From: Octopus vulgaris
Taxonomy: Eukaryota
Reading direction: 5' to 3'
Length of the DNA stretch: 64,000 nt
NCBI GenBank assembly: GCA_951406725.2
Contig: OX597820.1
Span: forward strand, 56,110,001-56,174,000
The translations under genes and the position numbers were made by a program. The notes below the pieces were generated by a model. The model saw nothing but the letters and a program-made list of their open reading frames with translations. It was not told the origin of the DNA and ran no database searches. The first letter of the stretch is position 1. Every line of letters begins with the position of its first letter. Of the stretch, positions 39,707-52,030 are shown in pieces.

Positions 39707-41339
39707 TGTGTGTGTATATGCATGGTATGTGTGTATATGTTAGTACTTTGTTTGTGTGTATGTGCGGCATGTAGAGATATATTTGAGTGTGTACGCTATA
39801 GGTTTGTAATTTGTGTGTGTGGGGGGTGGTGAATTTTTATATATATATGTGTGTGTGTATGTGTGTGAAAAAATATATGTATGTGCATGTATGTATGTAT
39901 GTATGTGTGTATATATATATATATATGTGTATATATATGTGTGTGTGTGTATGTGTGTGTGTGTATATTTATTTGCATGTTTATGTGTGTATAAACATGT
40001 ACATTATTTGCATGCGCATTGTATATATGTATATTGTATGTATGTGTATTGTATATGTACGTGTACAATTAAGTGTATATATTTGTGTGTATGTGTGCAC
40101 TGTATATATGTATATTGTAGGTGTGCTATATGTGCATGAATACATGTATATGCATTGCGTGTATATATATGTATGCATTGTGTGTGTATGTATGTTATGT
40201 GTGTGTGTGTGTATATATATATTATATGTATGCGTACGTGTATGTGTATGCATTGTATGTATGTGTGTTGTGTGTATATGTGGTACATCTATGTATGTGT
40301 ATGTAAACACTATTTATATGTATATGTGTATATATGTATATGCATTGTCTATATATATATATATTATATGTATGTATTGCGTATGTATATTGCATGCATA
40401 TATTGTGTATGTATATTACTTACATGCTGTATGTGTGTATTGTATGTGTGTATATATATATGCTAGGTGTATTTGTGTGATATTTATATTATGTATGTAT
40501 GTGTGCGTGTGTTGTGTGTGTGTGTGTGTATGTGTGTTATATATCTGTGTATGTTATATATAGATACATGTTATATTTGTGTGCTGTGTGTATATGTGAT
40601 ATATGTGGGTGCGTTGTGTGTGGGTGTGTGTGTTCTGTGTGTGTGTGTGTTGTTTGTATGTGGTTTGTGTTTGTATACTATGTGTGTGTGTGTGTGTGTT
40701 GTTGTGTGTGTGTGTGTTTGTGTGTATATATATGTGTGTGACAAACAGACGCTGTCTGACCAGCAGGCACGGACACATCTATTCACACCCGCATACTAAC
40801 CTCCTGATAACCCCAAAATCATTCATGCATAAAGGGGAAGTATACACCACATTGGCTACTTCTGTTCTCTCAGTTCAGCCTTTCTGCTAATACTGACAGG
40901 TCAGTAAAAACATACTTAAAATATTCTGAGATGGACAAAAAATCCATTTTAATTTTTGCTGTCAAAACGCTGTATATATATACCAAAGATTGTATATATA
41001 TACATGTAATGTGACAATTTGCGACAACCAATAATTAACGCAACCAATTCCCAATAATATATTTGTTTTATCCTTTTCTGCCAAATTTTCCCAAATAATG
41101 TGACAATTATGTATAAAAAAACATTTTTGAATTCATAATATCCAATGTGACAATTATGTAAAAAACTTTTTTGAATGCATAATATTCAATGTGACAATTA
41201 TGTAAAAAACTTTTTTTGAACCCATAATATCCAATGTGACAATTATGTAAAAAACTTTTTTGAATGCATAATATTCAATGTGACAATTATGTAAAAAACT
41301 TTTTTTGAACCCATATTATTCAATGTTTCCTTAAATGTA

Positions 41340-41380
41340 ACTTTTGACAATCTTTTACCAAAGAGTGAAACCGGTTAAGT
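41340..41380 (+). ncRNA. Variant hammerhead motif (U3-A8 core) in the PLE terminal repeat; mirror on - at 36287-36327
   Basis: ACUU-UUGACAA-UCUUUU(ACCA)AAGAGU-GAAA-CCGG-UU-AAGU. Confidence 0.55.
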
Positions 41381-41498
41381 AAATAAACATCGTTTAAATT
41401 GCATTTTCAAACCTTTTTTCTTATATAATCCCACTCGTGCGATACCCCACAACTCAACTTTTTTATATATATATATATATATATACATATATAGAAGG

Positions 41499-41549
41499 AG
41501 CTTCTACAGGACTAGAACTGTTTCATTCAAAAGAACTCATCAGGAAGCT
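41499..41549 (-). ncRNA. Complete type I hammerhead ribozyme motif
   Basis: AGCUUC-CUGAUGA-GUUC(UUUU)GAAU-GAAA-CAG(8 nt)CUG-UA-GAAGCU; all three stems pair. Confidence 0.85.
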
Positions 41550-41596
41550 TCCTGATGATTTCTTTTGAATGAAACAGTTCTAGTCCTGTAGAAGCT
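41546..41596 (+). ncRNA. Type I hammerhead ribozyme motif (inverted twin)
   Basis: Same as the minus copy except a U-U pair at the base of stem II; GUA site at 41590. Confidence 0.75.
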
Positions 41597-41693
41597 CCTT
41601 CTATATAATAAATTAATTTACTCTGCTATGTATTGAGTACCTTATTTACTGTGGTTAACCCCGACTCAACCCGGGACCTACATATATATATAC

Positions 41694-41760
<67 letters not shown>

Positions 41761-41835
41761 TATACACGTATAATATATTCAAAGATATGTGTGTATGTAT
41801 GTGTATGTATGTCTATCCATCTCCCTCTCTCCCCC

Positions 41836-41867
<32 letters not shown>

Positions 41868-42921
41868 TATTAGTCTAGCTCTCCTTAATTATTGCTGATT
41901 TCCCTCTTTCATTCCACTCCCATAGCACACATTTTCTAACTTATTGTTTACTCCTTTCAAATGACTTGTATTCGCTATAGACTATCCAATACAACCTACC
42001 ATTACTATTGTCTCCTGTAATAATAATTCATTCATTTAGTTCTTCATTTTTAATCCAAATCAAAATTCTTCTTCATTCTATTCGATTATTTTACCAATTT
42101 TTCCATTTTTTTCATTTCACATAATATTTCATCAGTTTTGTGTACATGTATTTATTACATATTGTTTCCGCCCACAAATTTCTTAGCTCTCCTTAATATA
42201 TCTTTAGCTTCGATAAATAAGCTTCTCTTTCATAAGCAATAACCCTTTTTTTTCCCCTTTTTCTTTCGCAAAATGGTGTCTTTTACCTTCTGACGCAAAT
42301 CACAGAGAGAAATGGCGCCTAGAGAAAGAGCATTGACCTAGTTATATCCACGGTTGCATTGTCACGAGATATATATCGAGGGCAGGCACTTCCAATAAAT
42401 AACTACAATGGATAATATTCGACATATTTCGCATTTTATACTCCAAAGTAGGTAAGGATATCCCGCCTTTAGGAAGTGAAGCTCTTAAACGTACAATACA
42501 ATGAAAAGTAACTTTCGGAAATGGAATACTTGAAACAAATGGCATTACATACGTATATACGCACATATATTAACGAACAGTTACCGGCAAGCACAAATAC
42601 TTGTACACAAACGCACACACTCACACACACATAAAGACAGACAGACACACACCCAAACACACACATGCACGTACACAGGCACACATATACATACACACAT
42701 AGAAAGATATATGTGTTTATTTTATATGTACATATGTGTACGTGTGTACGTATGTGTGTGCGTTTAGGTATTGGTTTATACACACACACACACAAGAGTA
42801 CATCTTTTACACTTATGCGAGAGTAGGCGTGCATACATACGCACACATACATAATACATACATACATACATATATACATACACACATAACACAAAACAAA
42901 AAAGAAGCAGCATCAGCTTCA

Positions 42922-42966
<45 letters not shown>

Positions 42967-43179
42967 TATGCATATGTCATATGTGTATATATGTATGACT
43001 ACGTGTATGTGCGTTTTTGTAAAATATTATATTGCAAAAATACACAAATTTAAATAAAAGTATACACTTCCATACATAAACACACACACACACACACATA
43101 TATATACATATAGATGCATATATATATTTGTGTGTCTATATATGTGTGTGTGTATATACACACACGCACATAAACACAG

Positions 43180-43223
<44 letters not shown>

Positions 43224-43225
43224 CC

Positions 43226-43695
43226 TGGAAGCACAAGGCCTCAAATTTAGGGGATGGGATTAAGTTGATTACATCGACCCCAGTGCGTAACTGGTACTTA
43301 CTTAATCGACCCCGAAATAATGAAACGCAAAGTCGACCTCGGCGGAATTTGAACTCACAACGTAACGACGGGCGAAATATTCCGCCGAGGTCGACTTTGC
43401 CTTTCATCCTTTCGGGGTCGATAAATTAAGTACCAGTTACGCAGTGGGGTCGATGTAATCGACTTAATCCGTTTGTCCGTCCTTGTTTGTCCTCTCTGTG
43501 TTTAGCCCCTTGTCGATAGTAAAGAACTAGGTATTTTGTCTGCCGCTACGTTCTGAGTTCAAATTCCGCCGAGGTCAACTTTGCGTTTCATTATTTCGGG
43601 GTCGATAAATTAAGTATCAGTTGCGTACTGAAGTCGATCTAATCGACTGGCCCCTCCCCCAAAATTTCGGGCCTTTTGCCTAGAATAGAAAAGAA
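43226..43695. mobile_element. Family-A SINE bodies joined head-to-head
   Basis: Minus copy about 43226-43379 abuts a plus two-unit copy at 43380-43695. Confidence 0.8.
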
Positions 43696-43864
43696 TATAT
43701 ACATATATATGTACAAAACAGAAGATAGTTAGAAAACTACAGATATAAGCCATCAATGGGACTAACAAAATATGCAAAAATTCTCAAAAATTTAGTACAC
43801 AACGCAACTATATATATATATAGATATGCAATTGCATATCTATATATATATATATATATATACG

Positions 43865-44440
43865 CACAGATATGCAGCAAGTAAATAAACACATTTAATT
43901 TTCAAAATTTCTGATCTAAGCGTCTTAATATGTTTTCAGTGGTGTAGAATTTACAATGTAATTATTCTTTTTCATTCCAGGTGCCATTATATTAAATATT
44001 TGCGAAGAGTAACCATGCCACGCACAAAAAATTCAGCACAACTGTCAGATTTTCTATGAGGTCGTTTGTTGGGCAATCTGAGGCTGGTCTTAGTCAGCGA
44101 AAATTTGCCGAAAATCTTCAAATTCCTCTTGCCACTGTTGATAGAATTATAGTGCAATTCAAAAACCAAGGAAGAGAATCAGCAGATCTCGTCCCGTCCG
44201 ACCTGGGACCTCGGAAAGGAAGCTTCGCTGTTTGAAGGGAATTGTGGAAAACGAACCCCATTCGAAGATTTCTGACATTGCAAAACAGCTAGAAGTTAGT
44301 CCAAGAACCTGTGTTAAATATCTGCATAAGCTTGGGCATTATGGACGAGCAGCTAGAAGAAAACCTTTCTTTCAACCAATTAATATCAAAGAAAAGACTT
44401 TGAAAATTAAATGTGTCTATTTACTTCCTGCATGTCTGTG
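43865..44440 (+). mobile_element. Internally deleted Tc1-like transposon
   Basis: Imperfect TIRs of about 42 bp (CACAGA.ATGCAG.AAGTAAATA.ACACATTTAATTTTCAAA); HTH region ISDIAKQLEVSPRTCVKYLHKLGHYGRAARRKP. Confidence 0.85.
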
Positions 44441-45671
44441 TATATAGAACGAAGCGTACAAATCTGTACATGCACAACTACTCTGCTGATGTCGAAATAC
44501 CAATGAAGTGGCATTAGCTTTAGCTTAGAAAACAACTTCTTGTCCATTAGCATGAAATCTAGAAATAAAACTAAGTAAAAACATGCATATATCGATACAT
44601 ACATAAAAATATGCATACATGTATATATGAATAAGATAAATAGCAGTTTGAAATAAGTTTTGAATAGGGCAACGACATGATGGACGCTAATTGTTGAAGT
44701 AGTTTACTTGATATGTTTGCAGTCTTGTAACAGAAGCCATTAAAAGAAGAAAACAATAAATGTTTGCTCCAAGCATATACAATCTTGTTAAATGCGTTAA
44801 CGTAATAAACCGTAAGTTCTCGACAAAAACACAAAACTTATTGGAATAATAGTGGTTTCAGGAACTTTTGCTATTGTTAGTTTCCTTTCAACCGCGACAT
44901 TCTACAAAGAGCTCGAGAAACAGTCTCCACCTCAGCGGCTTTTAAGCCGGAGGTAGCGTCTCCTTAGGATTGTTGTAAGCTCAGAAAGAAGCGGTAAATA
45001 TCATGGCACTATGGGGAAAGCTGAGTGTTTAGAAATAAAATATTCATATCATGTACAGAACTTATATTTCTTTCGTCACGTTTACTCTTTTACTTGTGTC
45101 AGCCATTATATGTGTGTGTGTGTGTGTGTGCGTGTGTGTGTGTGTGAGTGTGTGTCTGTGTGTGTGTGTTGGTATGTGTGTGTATCGTTGTACCTGTGTT
45201 TGTCGCCAACGCCGCCACTTGACAACCGGAGATGATTTTTTACGTCCCCGTAACTTAGCGCTCCGTCAATAGAACCGATAGAATAAGGATCAGACTTTAA
45301 AACTAAGTACTGGAGTTGATTTGTTCGACTAAACCCTTCTTCAAGCCAGTGCCCTAATATGGCTTGCGGATCGGCACCAGTTCGCTGACCCCCACTTTGA
45401 GTAGCGCTGGTTTAAATGACAGTTTATTCACTGCACCTTGTATATATATTCTGTGATTTAGCTTAGAATCCCTTGACGACAATGTAACCTTCATTTAACT
45501 AAGGTATCTTCGGCACGATGAGTAGCTACTGTAGTACCCCGCGTTGAGTAATTACAACGTCCGAGGTTCCACTAGCTAGGAAACATATATAGCCTGGATT
45601 TTACCTGCTCCATTCCGTAACTTTAAATATATGTATACATGCATACGTACACACATACATACATACATAAT

Positions 45672-45877
45672 GTGACCTCGTGTGTTCCGTTGGCGATTTT
45701 TTTCCCTCTGTCTTCCCTTCTCTGGATCTTTCCTTCTCCTATGTTTCCGACGAAGAGCTCCGCTCGAAACGTTAAACCCTCCTTCTTTCCTTCTTTCCTG
45801 AGCGTCCAATAATACTATATTTGTTCCACGTCCTCGCGTTGTTGTGTTTTTTTGTGCTTTCTTGTTTGGATTAACTT

Positions 45878-45880
<3 letters not shown>
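45672..45880 (+). mobile_element. PLE-type terminal repeat with a minimal hammerhead-like motif (45743-45777)
   Basis: GUUU-CCGACGA-A-GAGC(UCC)GCUC-GAAA-CGU-U-AAAC; lies between microsatellites. Confidence 0.65.
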
Positions 45881-45964
<84 letters not shown>

Positions 45965-46190
45965 GTATGTATGTATTATGTATGTATGTATATATGTATG
46001 TATGCATGTGTGTGTGTGTATGTATGTATGTGTGTGTGTGTATGTATGTATGTATGTATGTATGTATACACACACACACACAAACCTTCATATTACGCTC
46101 TATATTTGACTGATACTTTATTCTGAAATATATTTATATCAAGTTCTTATACTAGGTTATTAGTGCTCAAGCGAAATATATGCGTGTTTG

Positions 46191-46243
<53 letters not shown>

Positions 46244-47328
46244 ATATATATGTGTGTGTGTGTGCGCGCACGCCTTTGTGTTTGTCTTCCACCATCTCTT
46301 GACAACCAGCGTTGGTATGTTTACGCTTCTGTAACCTAGCAGTCCGACAAAAACATCTGATAGAATAAGTACCAAGCTTTAAAAAAATACTGGTATCAGT
46401 TTACCGGACTGAATCCTTGAAGGCGGTGCTCCAGCATGGCTGCTGTTCAAAGGCTGACAGAAGTAAAAAATATTAGATGAAAGACAAAACCCGCATACAT
46501 ACTATCATACATGCACGCGCGCGCACACACCCACAAATACATACCATCATACACACGAACAAACATATACACATGTATATATATATATGTGTGCATGTAC
46601 GTATGCATGTATATATGTATATATGTATGTATGCATGTGTGTATGTATATTTTATGTATCAATTTCTCCTTATCTATTTATTCACTGATTCCAATTAGAC
46701 ACAGTCTATTTGTACTGGATTAGCGAAAATCGAAAGAATCAAAATGGTTGTTGCATGAATAAGTTACCTTTCCGACCAACCCCAATCCCAAACCCTAACC
46801 AAAACACAAACTCAGACCTAAAGCCACACCCAAACACCATCCCCGACAAGAACTTCATTCAGCAGAACACAGCCTCCGGCCTGGATAGCATTTTATCCTA
46901 ACAAGATAGATTTGACTCCAACCGTTGTCCTACTACTATCTCGCACAGATGCCAAAAGATTAATGACTCATTTAGATGAGGAAATGAAGTCGAAAATAAA
47001 TAGTGTGTTTCTTTCCAACGCTCAGCTTCATTAGTGAGAGAAGACGTGTGGCGACAGTACGATAGCTGAGAACAAAATAAAACTCTTCACCAATATCGCC
47101 CACCCTCAACCCGCTCCAAGAGATACTGTATGATTCATGAACAAAAGTGCAGGCGGAGAAAATGTCGTTACTGTAGAGATAAATTGATAGATATTTTAAA
47201 ATCGAAAGAGTTCATCTTTCGTAGATATATGTGCATGATTAAATATACATCGTATGGTGGTCGTCTGTTCACAGAATTCTTTTACTCCACTGAGACATGA
47301 CACACATATACGCGTGCACAAGTTCAAC

Positions 47329-47408
<80 letters not shown>

Positions 47409-47484
47409 ATATACATATGTACTATTCTTGTTAAAGAATGCGTCTGTGTATGTGTGTATGTGTAAATATTTACACACACATGTG

Positions 47485-47530
<46 letters not shown>

Positions 47531-47552
47531 TGTATGTATGTATCTATCTATA

Positions 47553-47613
<61 letters not shown>

Positions 47614-47623
47614 GTCTATCTAT

Positions 47624-47683
<60 letters not shown>

Positions 47684-47972
47684 CTCGGTAGTCAAGATAA
47701 AACTCTGAGTTCAGATGCCGAAGTGGAAATCACAACACCATCTCTTCGGTTATCTCTTATGAAAAAATACCGTTAAAAATAACGGTATTTTTTCATAACG
47801 TTTTCAAATAGCCAGATAACCGAAGAGATGGTGTTGTGGATTTCCACTTCGGCATCTGAAACTCAGAGTTTTATCTTGACTACCGAGTAATGTAACATAT
47901 TGTATAGATAAATTTCCTCTATTTACATAATATTGAGGTCTCTTTCTTTCTTTTGTTATCTTACCGTTTTAT

Positions 47973-47975
<3 letters not shown>
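47684..47975. mobile_element. PLE-type fold-back insertion with a hammerhead-like motif (47814-47876)
   Basis: Inverted arms of about 72 bp, central hairpin 47757-47798, one-sided tail of about 88 nt, within (TA)n. Confidence 0.8.
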
Positions 47976-48002
<27 letters not shown>

Positions 48003-48010
<8 letters not shown>

Positions 48011-48520
48011 ATTAGGGCTTAGTAAAATAAAATAAATTACTTTGCCACATACTGAACTTAGTAGAAATAGCAGCCAAAAAAAAATTTTTTTTAGCATTTC
48101 TACTACTTAAAGAAAATTTCTCTCAGATAATGTTTACTCCAGACAGCTCACGAAGGTTTGGGGGTAAATACAGAAAAATATCACAAGTACATAGATCGTT
48201 TGAGTACGTCAACGTTTCAAGATTGAAACGTTGACGTACTCAATCTTGAAACGTTGACGTACTCAAACGATCTATGTACTTGTGATATTTTTCTGTGTGA
48301 GCTGTCTGGAGTAAACATTATCTGAGAGAACTTTTCTTTAAGTAGTAGAAATGCTAAGAAAAAATTTTTTTGGCTGCTATTTCTACTAAGTCCAGTATGT
48401 GGCAAAGTAATTCATTTTACTAAGCCCTAATTATATAATGTAATATTTTGAATTCGCCTTAAATGGTCCTTTTACATACTGAACACTTGGTGAAATTGAT
48501 TAATTAATTAATTTTACCCT
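48003..48520. mobile_element. Fold-back insertion with inverted arms of about 200 bp and a one-sided tail
   Basis: 48003 to about 48225 is nearly the reverse complement of about 48241-48439; duplicated GAAACGTTGACGTACTCAA at the centre. Confidence 0.8.
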
Positions 48521-48631
48521 CAATTGTTGATATATATATATATATATATATATACGTATATTGATATACACACACCACACTCACATGGTATAACATAACA
48601 ATCATAATTATATGAATATGCGTGCGTGTAT

Positions 48632-48664
<33 letters not shown>

Positions 48665-50355
48665 CGTGTATATATATATGTGTGTGTGTGCGTGTAAATA
48701 TTTACATATACACACATACGTAGACGTATTCTTTAACAAGAATAGTATTGACAGGATCTTCGAAGTTTCGAACAGCTTAGCCATCATCGAACTACACACA
48801 CACACACACACACACACACCACACACACACACACTCCTATATATACATATGTATGTGTGTGTGTCTGTGTATACACACACATTTATTGACATACGCACGC
48901 TCACATACAGATTATAGATATATATGCATTGTTTTTGTGCCATATAGATAACAATTAAAATGTAGTTGTAATTGGTCAGTAATATCGTTTGCTGAATTGG
49001 TAGAGCGACCGACTGCCTTTTACATTTTCTCATGTCCTACATTTTTATTTCTGATTCCAACGGGCCCATCTTTGCTACTCCGTTTTCTCGGGATTAATAG
49101 AATAAATTTCCGGTCATATACTAAGGACAATTTAATTCTTTTATTTCCATTCTTCCGGGTAATGATAGAATAAATACCCGACCTTTGGCTGACAGGGATA
49201 CAAATGACATTGGCCTTGTCTTTTTGTCATGAGTTTGCTGGAACTGTGAGTTTGCTGCAGCGCGCATTACAATTTTGCACATTCTACGTGACTGTTAGGA
49301 GAAAGAGATGGAAAAATCTTGAGATCTTCAAACCGGACAATTGTTCAGAAACTTGCAACAAAGTGCATTTCATTAGAGGCACCCAGGGACAATGGGGTAT
49401 TACACCAGATCTACCACAGCAATTGTTAGAGTCCAAGTCAACTGGATTCCATTCAGTTTCCACCGACGAAGTTTGACTCACAAGGCTTGGTTCTAATCTA
49501 AGCTATGAAATACTTTCTCATTGGTAGGTGCACTGGAATCGAACCTGAAATCGCATGATTGTGAAGCAAGCTTCTTAACCATACGGCCATGCCTGCATCA
49601 ATAATGGGATAATTTGCTGCTGTAAGCGAAGTCAGGGCAATTAAACAAACGCGTTTCACCCATTAGCTTGAATTATGCTGCCCTTATGGGTATAACTTCA
49701 AGAAATAAGTTGTTCGATCGGACTGATTTGTCCTAGAAACATTACACAAAAACCAAGCCTTCTTCGCTACACCATTCTCCCTTGTACATTAAGACTGAGC
49801 CAATCGGCTGTAACCGCCTTCTGGAAATAATTGGATGATTACCAATTCAAAAGGAATCAATATTTACATACATAGAATGGGATAACATGTATAGCTGAAT
49901 AAAATGAAGTACTAATGGATGTGTGCTGATAAATACTGATCGTCTATCTTTTAATATCTCAATAACTTAATAATGAAAAAGATAAATTTTTCAGTAAGGA
50001 TTGGCAAATGAAAAAGCAGCAAGATTTATCAGTAAAGTGTATCGCATATGAATATTACATTACCAGATGTGTAAGTTTCGATTTCTTTTATTGTTGTTAT
50101 TTAGTTTGGAGAAGGCGCGTGGCTTAGTAGGTGGGTGGGGGTGTTCGGCTCACGAACGTAACGTCGTGAGTTCGATTCTCAGCGGTGAGTTGTGTTCTTG
50201 AGTAAGATGCGTTACTTCATGTTGTTCCAGTCGACTCAGCTGGTAAAAATCAGTTGTACCTGTAATTCGAACGGCCAGCCTTTTCACATCTTGCGTCACG
50301 CTGAATCTCTCTGAGAGCTCCGCAAAGGGTACGCGTGTCTGTGGAGTGTTTAGCC

Positions 50356-50505
50356 CACTACCGTAGCTAGAGTGTGTAGCCAGGGTTGGCCCTTCAGTTT
50401 CCCGTCCCCGGGACCCCTCAGAAAATACATATTCCCTACAGCAGATCCAATAAAAGTGTCGCCCAGGGCGGACCTCTCCCTCTGCCTCATCTAGCTACGC
50501 TTGTG
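50356..50505. mobile_element. MITE (hAT-like, 8-bp TSD) nested in a SINE
   Basis: Imperfect TIRs CACTACCGTAGCTAG / CTAGCTACGCTTGTG; degenerate TSD GTTTAGCC / GCTCAGCC; interrupts the SINE at 50112-50570. Confidence 0.6.
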
Positions 50506-51729
50506 GCTCAGCCACTTGCACGTTAACTTCATGAGCAGGCTGTTCCATTGATCGGATCAACTGGAACATGCGAAGGCATGGAATAAGGCATGAAATCTTG
50601 AGGGAGGGTTCTACAACAGCCTTAGAGTTCAACTTATTTTATCGACTCCGAAAGGATGAAAGGTAAAGTTGGTTTCGGTAGGATTTGAACCTAGAACATA
50701 AAGAGCCACTATAAATGCCACTAAGCATTTTATCTGGCTTGTAAAGATTCTACTGTTTCAACAATAATAATGACTAGTGGGACCCGTGAATATTTCACGG
50801 AATTAATGGTAAACCTATTGGGTTATATCTGAAAACTTTATCCAAAAAGCCTGAAAGCGTAGTCTGTGTTGTGTCTTTATATAAAGATAGTCGCTCATCT
50901 GCTACTCATTGGAAAGTGAAAGAAATTGGAATACAATGATTACTTAATGCACTTTATATATACACTTTATATACTTTATGCACAATTTTATAGACTTAAT
51001 ACACAACACTCATAAAATAAAAATTTCCTCTTATTTTTCTATTTCCTCATAAACAAAAAACAAAAAATATCCCATACATATGATACAACCTTTAGTTAAA
51101 TTGCATATATTTGCCACGTAAATAAGCGTGAATATTTCACGGAATTGCACTTATGGGCATGCGTTAAGTGATAGGTGATATAAAGAAACTAAGTCCAGTC
51201 AAAAAAATATATTTTTCACTATCCAATCATCACCGCCAACTCCACCACCATCACCACCACTACTACCACCCCACCCCACCCCACCACTACCACTACCTCC
51301 TCCTCCACCACCACCACCACCACCACCACCACCACCTTCATTTACCCCTTCCACTCCACCCACCATCATCTCCACCACCACCACCACCACCATTTCGTCC
51401 ATCTGTACAATCTGAGTTCAAATTCCACTGTGGTCGACTTTGCTTTCATCCTTTCGGAGTCGATAAATTAAGTACCTGGTAAGTGTAGGGATCGATGCAA
51501 TCGACTAGTCTCTTGCCCCAAAATTTCAGACCTTGTGCCCTTAGTAGAAAGGGTTATTATTATTATTATTAATGATGATCACTCCCATCGATTTCGACGA
51601 ATGAGTGTTTGAAGGAGAGGATTGAAAAAAAAAAGAGAAAAATAAAAATAAAACAACTTTAAAAATAAAAGAAGCGTCTATTTGCGATGACTGCGTAAAT
51701 GTGACTTGAGTCCAGGTTTGGATTTTGCT

Positions 51730-52030
51730 ATGAAGTTATAATGGGAACACTGTTATGATTTTTTCTGGGATTGGGCAAATATGTCTGTTGATTGCAGAAT
51801 ATAATATAATTTTTTGCTTCTCCAACTCAAATCGCCTGGATGCATCATGGCACATTTTATGCCATGCAGATCGATCTAAGCAAGGACTTTCCCAAGATGC
51901 CAAATTAAGCTGTAGAGACTTTGATGATTGCCTCAAATTATCCTTATACCTCGGGACGGGTCTTCCTTCTCTACGTTTTGGCTACACGAAAGAATTTTCG
52001 GAACCACATGTCCAACCCATCTGCACTGAA
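51730..52030 (-). mobile_element. RTE-like LINE 3' fragment
   Basis: GRPVPRYKDNLRQSSKSLQLNLASWESPCLDRSAW. Confidence 0.7.

Larger units (their letters stand above)
36240..41464. mobile_element. Rearranged Penelope-like retroelement with 2304-bp inverted arms
   Basis: Arm 36240-38543 is nearly the reverse complement of 39124-41427; the 580-bp spacer holds GIY-YIG (-) and RT (+) pieces; 37-nt tail at 41428-41464 on the right only; (TA)n on both flanks. Confidence 0.93.

Noticed and set aside
36777-40890. Long Val/Cys/Tyr/His/Thr-rich ORFs (up to 310 aa), and similar ORFs across the window
   Set aside because: Translations of CA/TA/TATG/ATT microsatellites with no splice or domain evidence.
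43822-43841. 20-bp perfect palindrome AGATATGCAATTGCATATCT in (TA)n
   Set aside because: Too short to assign; could arise by local strand slippage.
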